Origin: Chlamydiales bacterium
Lineage (GTDB): Bacteria > Chlamydiota > Chlamydiia > Chlamydiales > JARBTQ01
Length of the DNA: 64,000 nucleotides
Direction: 5' to 3'
Assembly (NCBI GenBank): GCA_029240075.1
Contig: JARBTQ010000002.1
Coordinates: 75,218-139,217, forward strand
The notes under the pieces were generated by a model. That model was not told where the DNA came from, made no database searches, and saw nothing but the letters and a program-made list of their open reading frames with translations. Shown piece after piece: positions 58,723-64,000 of the stretch; the stretch's first letter is position 1, and the number at the start of each line of letters is the position of its first letter. A program made the position numbers and the translations under genes.

Positions 58723-59613
58723 ATGAATTCACAGAAAATTCCTCGTAGCTTTGGCACTCATAGCGGTACATTTCATGCTGATGAAGTAACAGCTTGCAGC
58801 TTGCTACTCCTATTTAATCTTATTGACCATGATAAAATTGTACGTTCCAGAGACCCCATAAAGCTGGCTCCTTCAGAGTACTTATGTGATGTGGGAGGAA
58901 TCTATGATCCTGAGCAATTACTGTTTGATCACCATCAAGCTGGTTACCAAGGTAAATTGAGTAGCGCTGGTATGATTCTTTTGTATTTATATAAACAGAA
59001 CAAAATTACGCAAGAAGAGTATGATTTTTTGAACCAAAGTCTGGTAAAAGGTGTTGATGAACATGATATTGGAATTGCACCACAGCTTCCGGGTTATGCC
59101 TATTTTTCACATATTGTGGCCAATTTTGCCCCTATTAACTACGACTCAACAGAAGAGGAGCAAAATGAAGCCTTTTCTCAAGCTTTACAATTTGTCTATG
59201 GACACTTAAGTCGTTTATGGAAAAGGTATCAGTATACGAAAGGTTGTCGTGAGCTTGTTGCTAAATGTATGGAAGAGTCTTCTGAAGTTCTCATGTTTGA
59301 TAGAGAACTTCCCTGGTTAGAAAACTTTTTTGCGCTTGGGGGAGAACACCATCCTGCAAAATTTGTCATTATGCCTGCGGGCAAACATTGGAAGCTTAGA
59401 GGAATTCCTCCTAGTTTATCAGATCGTATGAATGTCCGTATTCCGTTACCTGAAACTTGGGGTGGTTTATTACAAGAACAACTGAGTCAAGCTTCTGGGA
59501 TAAAGGGTGCCATATTTTGCCATAAGGGCAGGTTTATTTCTGTATGGGAGACAAAAGAGGATGTTCTTAAAGCCTTAGACTATACACTTAACTATGCAAG
59601 GAGAAGAGAATGA
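58723..59613 (+). CDS. MYG1/UPF0160 family metal-dependent hydrolase
   Basis: GTHSGTFHADEV N-terminal motif and FDHHQ. 296 aa. Confidence 0.8.
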   Translation: MNSQKIPRSFGTHSGTFHADEVTACSLLLLFNLIDHDKIVRSRDPIKLAPSEYLCDVGGIYDPEQLLFDHHQAGYQGKLSSAGMILLYLYKQNKITQEEYDFLNQSLVKGVDEHDIGIAPQLPGYAYFSHIVANFAPINYDSTEEEQNEAFSQALQFVYGHLSRLWKRYQYTKGCRELVAKCMEESSEVLMFDRELPWLENFFALGGEHHPAKFVIMPAGKHWKLRGIPPSLSDRMNVRIPLPETWGGLLQEQLSQASGIKGAIFCHKGRFISVWETKEDVLKALDYTLNYARRRE

Positions 59614-59951
59614 GCACGATTTTCAGCAAAATCATAGCAGGTGAATTGCCTTGTGAAAAGGTATTTGAAAATGAAAGGATTTTAGCTTTCAAAGATATCC
59701 ACCCTGTTGCTGCTGTACATATTCTTATCATACCTAAAAAAGAGATCAAAGACTTACAGAGTGTAGCGCCCGAGGATCTTCCTCTGATTGCAGAAATCGT
59801 ACAGGTAGCTCAGCAATTAGCAGAAGAGCTTGAAATTGAGGATAGTTACAGGCTTGTTACAAATATTGGGCCGGGTGGAGGACAAGTGATATTTCATTTA
59901 CACTTTCATTTGATTAGTGGAAAAGGGCGACCTTTAGGAACAATAGGGTAA
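59610..59951 (+). CDS. HIT-family (histidine triad) nucleotide hydrolase
   Basis: 113 aa. Histidine triad HLHFHLI. 4-nt overlap with the upstream gene. Confidence 0.9.
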   Translation: MSTIFSKIIAGELPCEKVFENERILAFKDIHPVAAVHILIIPKKEIKDLQSVAPEDLPLIAEIVQVAQQLAEELEIEDSYRLVTNIGPGGGQVIFHLHFHLISGKGRPLGTIG

Positions 59952-59971
59952 AAATTTAGGTACAATAATAT

Positions 59972-60973
59972 ATGATAAAAAAGATCGCTTGCTTAGGTGC
60001 AGGAGCCTGGGGATTTTGTTTGGCTGTACTTTTAGCTAAAAAAGGTTTTAATGTTACAGTATGGTTGAACGATGCTGAAAGAGCAGCATGGCTTCAACAG
60101 GGGAAAGAGCATCCTTATCTTGCTGGTGCAAAGGCTATAGAGGGGATGAAATTTACCACTAACTTAGCGGAAGTATTAGATAGAGCAGAATTAATTGTGG
60201 AATCTGTGACCTCCGCAGGGGTACGTCCTGTCTTTGAAGCTGTAAAAGAACAGGGAATTCCCGATTGTCCTATTGTAGTAACATCCAAGGGGATAGAACA
60301 GAATACAGGGATGCTTCTTAGTGAAGTGCTAATCGATGTATTGGGAGAGGATCATTTACATTTAGTTGGATGTTTAAGTGGTCCTAGCTTAGCGGAGTAT
60401 GTATTCCAAGGGCAACCAACCTCAGTAGTAAGTGCTAGCTATGCGTCAAACTTAGCTCGTTTAATTAGTACAACTTTTACTACATCTACTTTCCGCGTTT
60501 ATCCCAATACTGACATTAATGGTGTTCTATTTGGTGGAGCAATGAAGAATGTCATTGCAATTGCTTGCGGTATGTCTGATGGTTTAGGCTTTGGAGATAA
60601 TTCAAAAGCTGCTCTTATGACACGAGGCCTACATGAAATGCGTAAGTTATCAGTGACAAAGCAATGTAATCCTGAAACTTTAAATGGATTAGCTGGTTTA
60701 GGCGATCTGTGTGTTACCTGCCTTGCGAACAGTCGTAATTACCGCTTTGGCCGTTTATTGGCACAAGGATTATCAGTTGAGGAAGCAAAACTTAAGATTG
60801 GGATGGTTGTTGAAGGGGTTTATTCATGTTTATCAGCCATCCAACTAGCAGAAAAAAATGGAATTCCGATTCCCATCAGTCAAATGACGTATCAAATCTT
60901 GTATGAAGGAATGAAGCCCATAGATGCAGTAAAAGCACTCATGACTCGTACCATTAAGGAGGAACATCTATAG
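59972..60973 (+). CDS. gpsA: NAD(P)H-dependent glycerol-3-phosphate dehydrogenase
   Basis: KIACLGAGAWG Rossmann motif, GAMKNVIAIA and GLGDL motifs. 333 aa. Confidence 0.9.
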   Translation: MIKKIACLGAGAWGFCLAVLLAKKGFNVTVWLNDAERAAWLQQGKEHPYLAGAKAIEGMKFTTNLAEVLDRAELIVESVTSAGVRPVFEAVKEQGIPDCPIVVTSKGIEQNTGMLLSEVLIDVLGEDHLHLVGCLSGPSLAEYVFQGQPTSVVSASYASNLARLISTTFTTSTFRVYPNTDINGVLFGGAMKNVIAIACGMSDGLGFGDNSKAALMTRGLHEMRKLSVTKQCNPETLNGLAGLGDLCVTCLANSRNYRFGRLLAQGLSVEEAKLKIGMVVEGVYSCLSAIQLAEKNGIPIPISQMTYQILYEGMKPIDAVKALMTRTIKEEHL

Positions 60974-61040
60974 CACTTATAATTTAGTGCTTGAGAAAAA
61001 AAATAAGCTTACATACAATAAGCTTATATTTCCTCTTTAT

Positions 61041-61113
61041 GGGGCGTTAGCTCAGTTGGTAGAGCGCTACAATGGCATTGTAGAGGTCAGCGGTTCGACC
61101 CCGCTACGCTCCA
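61041..61113 (+). tRNA. tRNA-Ala (anticodon GGC)
   Basis: Cloverleaf: acceptor GGGGCGT/ACGCTCC with a G3-U70 pair, D-arm GCTC-AGTTGGTA-GAGC, anticodon stem CTACA/TGTAG with loop ATGGCAT, T-arm AGCGG-TTCGACC-CCGCT. CCA is not encoded. Confidence 0.95.
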
Positions 61114-61215
61114 AATCTTTCTTATTTAAATCAAAAATTCCAAAGTTTTTTTAGATGCGATTATGCTAAAAGATTCTTTTAGTGTTTCTCATTTACAAGT
61201 TCATAATAATCTTTT

Positions 61216-61279
61216 TCGAAACTCGTTTCGCAGAGATCTATCGAGTCACCAAACGTAAAGATTCGAAAGAGACTCAATC
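61216..61279. repeat. 64-nt dispersed repeat copy downstream of tRNA-Ala (partners 42434-42497 and partial 22768-22795)
   Basis: tcgaaactcgtttcgcagagatctatcgagtcaccaaacgtaaagattcgaaagagactcaatc aligns with 42434-42497 at 55/64 identical positions by hand. Confidence 0.75.
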
Positions 61280-61429
61280 AATATAGTACGTTAAATAATG
61301 TGTTAAAAAGGGAAGTTCTTCTGTTTAGTATGCTATGGCCAGTTTAAATAGTAATCATGCTAAAGCAATTGCTATAACTTCTTTTAGGATAAGGCTTAAA
61401 TTTAGTTCTATTAATATAGAGAAGAGATA

Positions 61430-61452
61430 AGGCTCCCTATTTGAGGGAGCCT
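61430..61452 (-). terminator. Hairpin downstream of the glgA-like gene (minus strand), weak T-tract
   Basis: 9-bp stem aggctccct/agggagcct with loop atttg, about 45 nt 3' of the stop at 61497. Confidence 0.45.
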
Positions 61453-61496
61453 AGAGAATGGAAAGTTACTTAGACTATATCTGCTATCGTGTCATT

Positions 61497-64000
61497 TTAT
61501 ACAAAGTTTGCATCCTTGATAGCTTTATCATATACACAAAAATATTGTGATATAGGGGACAATTTACCATTTATACCACTAGTCCAGCTGGATTGAGCTG
61601 CATTTTTCATAACATTTCTTAGCCTATTATTTTTGTCACTAGAACTCATGGTTTTCCAGTTTTTGAATGTATCATAAATAGCATATTTTAACCGTTCTGA
61701 GTTTCCTTGCGAGTCATTAGGTTTTCTCTCAAATAGTGTTCCATTTTCAGCGGTAACTGTATCAGCTAATCCACCTAGTTTGCTTGCAATCACTTGGGAA
61801 CCAAAAAGCCATCCTTCGTATTGTACTAATCCACAAGGCTCAAATCTTGAAGGAACGACCATAAAGTCAGATGCCGCACGGATTAATGCCCCTATTTGCC
61901 CTTGAATTTTATATGCCTCTCCATTCTTTTCATCATTGATAACACACGTATCATTCCTCATATTTCCCTGAGCACATTTTTCTTGTAATGAACGCACAGC
62001 CTTACTGCCGTCTTGATCATCAGGGTTATGTGGTCCTACGCTAATAAATTGTCCCCCCTGCTTTAATACTTCTTCTGCAGCAGCGGGTAGAAGGTCTAGG
62101 CCTTTTTGCCCTGTATAACGGCCAATAAAATAGACTAAAGGCTTGTTTGGATCTATCTTGATATGGAATCCATACTGGTTACCATACTTTGTAAACCATT
62201 TTTTTAACTGCTCTTTAATAATGCGCTTTTTACCCATTATATCTGGATCATCAGCGGAGAATGTGAGATCAATTGGTTTTCCTGTTTCTGGGTCTTTCCA
62301 TTCTCTTAATTGTTGGTTTGTTGCGGGATTCCATGCTTTAGGATTACTACCATTAGTAATTCCTGTCAGTTTGTTCTGTTTTGCTATATCGCGGATATCA
62401 TTATCTATATGAAAACCATAGTCGGGAGACATCGATTCTTTAGCATAAGATTTTGATACTGTAGTTATATGATCAGCATTTTGTAAACCAATTCTGAACA
62501 GGTTATCTCCCTTCATTCCAAATCGAGAATCCTTTTCTTCGCCATTACTATATATCCCTTGTGCGCCATAATCATTGTTATGGTAAGTGTATACAACTGG
62601 TAATGTTTTGTTTTTTTGTTTAATTAATTGTGCAGCTCCAGCAGCATGCCAGTCATGTAGATGTACTAAAGGAATGTTTCCCTTACTCTTTATACGGTCA
62701 GACATTTTTAGACTTAAATCTGCTGCATGACTAGAGAAGCAAGCAAACCTTGTTTTTATACTAGCAGTGCCTGAACCATAAACAGAGGGTTTCTGTTCTG
62801 AAAGTCTAAACCGTCCTCTTTTGTCATCTATAAGATAAAGGTTAACTCCATCTAGTTTAGTCTTGAAAACATTGTAGTCTGGTGTTGAAAACTTAGGAAC
62901 AGGTTTCAATTGAAGATTCTTTTTCTGAAGGATGCTGTCTAAACTGCTGTATTTTGGTAAGATAACACGAGCTTTCCCTTTTTGGCGTTCTTGTTGCGAG
63001 ATCGCCTCTGCCATACCTGTTATAGCTTCAGCCAATCCTCCTTCAGAACAAAGCCCTTTGTATTCAACGCCTACTAAGATAGGTCTTACCTTACTAACAT
63101 TGTCTGGAAGTGTTTGACTTAGTCTTTCAGCCTCGCAGTTTATAAAGGTTGTCTTTAACTTGCCTAAAAATGTCTCTTTATTTTCACCTAAAGCTGAATG
63201 AACCTTATCTAATAAATAATCAATTGCTGATTTTTGTCCATTAGGGCCTTTTTGGTGTAAAAGTGCTGGGTTCTCTCTAAGAGCTTTTTCTCCGTCAAAT
63301 TTTTTTCCTGTATTTTCGTAAACATAATAACCCAAATATTTTTGGTCATGCTCATCTAGACTTGAGACTATTTGGTTGATACTTGACTTTAAATCTTCTA
63401 TCCTAGGATGTTTTGCTAAAATTGATAGTTTACCTAATAGAAAACGCACATACACTTTTTCATCATCGGACAGAGGTAAGTGTTCTATGCTACTATACAC
63501 TTGTCTTATACTACCGGCTAAATTATGTAAGTTACTATCAAGGATGATGCCTAAAGAGTGCAATTCCTTAGCTGTCTCATGTGCTAGAGATTGTATCCCG
63601 TTGGATTTTAATGCCTCCTGGTATAATTTGCCGAAGTCAGAAAGAACAGATATTTTAATTAACTTTTCTTTAAGGGGTTTTTGCCATTGAAAAAACTTAA
63701 TCATTTCTGGTAGCATGGCTGAATTGCTGTTGTTATTAGCATGAAATGTAGTATTAAAAATTTCTTTTAAGTCATTATTCAAAAGAACTGTCCTTCCAAA
63801 ACAATAGTCTGTTTCCATTTCTTTAAGGCGACTTCCACTGTTTCTAAATGCACGATAAATAGACTCCTCTATTAGATATCCAGTAGATTTCTTCAAATCC
63901 TTATAAGAGTTCCTAATTTCCTGTGCGGACTTACCAGCTTTTAAATCATCCCAAAAACGTTCCAGTTGCTGTAATTTTGTAGGAGCGTTACCAGAAGGCG
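61497..64000 (-). CDS. Divergent GT5 glycogen-synthase-like protein with a long N-terminal extension; the 5' end lies beyond the window
   Basis: The frame stays open from 63896 to nt 64000 (…PSGNAPTKLQQLERFWDDLKAGKSAQEIRNSYKDLKK…). GT5 core begins near VGVEYKGLCSEGGLAEAI. Also HLHDWHAAGA, GRYTGQKGLD and SRFEPCGLVQYEGWLFGSQVIASKLGGLADTV. Confidence 0.8.
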   Translation of the reverse strand, partial: PSGNAPTKLQQLERFWDDLKAGKSAQEIRNSYKDLKKSTGYLIEESIYRAFRNSGSRLKEMETDYCFGRTVLLNNDLKEIFNTTFHANNNSNSAMLPEMIKFFQWQKPLKEKLIKISVLSDFGKLYQEALKSNGIQSLAHETAKELHSLGIILDSNLHNLAGSIRQVYSSIEHLPLSDDEKVYVRFLLGKLSILAKHPRIEDLKSSINQIVSSLDEHDQKYLGYYVYENTGKKFDGEKALRENPALLHQKGPNGQKSAIDYLLDKVHSALGENKETFLGKLKTTFINCEAERLSQTLPDNVSKVRPILVGVEYKGLCSEGGLAEAITGMAEAISQQERQKGKARVILPKYSSLDSILQKKNLQLKPVPKFSTPDYNVFKTKLDGVNLYLIDDKRGRFRLSEQKPSVYGSGTASIKTRFACFSSHAADLSLKMSDRIKSKGNIPLVHLHDWHAAGAAQLIKQKNKTLPVVYTYHNNDYGAQGIYSNGEEKDSRFGMKGDNLFRIGLQNADHITTVSKSYAKESMSPDYGFHIDNDIRDIAKQNKLTGITNGSNPKAWNPATNQQLREWKDPETGKPIDLTFSADDPDIMGKKRIIKEQLKKWFTKYGNQYGFHIKIDPNKPLVYFIGRYTGQKGLDLLPAAAEEVLKQGGQFISVGPHNPDDQDGSKAVRSLQEKCAQGNMRNDTCVINDEKNGEAYKIQGQIGALIRAASDFMVVPSRFEPCGLVQYEGWLFGSQVIASKLGGLADTVTAENGTLFERKPNDSQGNSERLKYAIYDTFKNWKTMSSSDKNNRLRNVMKNAAQSSWTSGINGKLSPISQYFCVYDKAIKDANFV

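Noticed and set aside
42434-61279. Idea that the two direct 64-nt repeats (one next to tRNA-Ala) are att sites bounding a roughly 19-kb genomic island
   Set aside because: The interval includes core genes (glgP, asd, gpsA, HIT, MYG1) and no integrase or mobility gene. A third partial copy lies elsewhere. A dispersed small repeat family is the simpler explanation.
61497-63896. TTG start at 63896 for the glgA-like ORF, as given in the ORF track
   Set aside because: Translating upstream shows the frame stays open with sensible sequence to nt 64000, so the gene is truncated by the window rather than starting at this TTG.
1-64000. Search by eye for CRISPR arrays, IS elements, prophage or integrase genes, and rRNA
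   Set aside because: I found no regularly spaced direct repeats with spacers, no transposase, integrase or capsid-like ORFs, and no rRNA-like conserved blocks.

Overview
AT-rich bacterial chromosome segment whose gene content points to Chlamydiae, most plausibly an amoeba-associated (Parachlamydiaceae-type) lineage. That placement is inferred from gene content only; no database search was possible. Supporting signals: rpsA-nusA-infB-rbfA-truB in the order known from Chlamydia, an LL-diaminopimelate aminotransferase (dapL), glycogen genes (glgA, glgC, glgP and a second divergent glgA-like gene), an Inc-like protein with a bilobed hydrophobic domain, and an F-box/LRR eukaryote-like protein. I support about 50 CDS, two tRNAs (Leu-CAG, Ala-GGC), one structured ncRNA candidate (RNase P RNA-like, uncertain), several hairpin terminators and a few repeat families. 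I saw no rRNA, CRISPR array, transposase, integrase or phage genes. Most of the window is housekeeping: Mla-type lipid ABC system, lnt, recR, yidC, asd, gpsA, pepP, DAHP synthase, an ABC.X4-type uptake system and a non-specific nuclease. The most unusual region is 42.1-50.6 kb on the minus strand. A 1277-aa protein there has a disordered N-terminus, a long Q-rich coiled coil and a C-terminal lipase-like alpha/beta-hydrolase domain. It is translationally coupled (GTGA and ATGA overlaps) to two paralogous small proteins with signal peptides. About 235 bp further downstream lies a decayed 'orphan' module that repeats 155 bp of the big gene at about 95% identity and then continues into an unrelated C-terminus. 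This layout resembles polymorphic toxin / effector-immunity loci with displaced C-terminal modules, which I do not know to be described in Chlamydiae. Other points worth a second look: an Inc-like protein paired with a chaperone-like protein; an IF-2 expanded by eight in-frame [12 protein letters not shown] repeats; a degenerate mevalonate-diphosphate-decarboxylase-like gene in a pepP operon; a single-MCE MlaD with a roughly 320-aa helical tail; a glgA paralogue with a long N-terminal extension; and a small dispersed repeat with an AGAGATCTAT core. All functional calls rest on motif recognition by eye and need HMM or structure confirmation.
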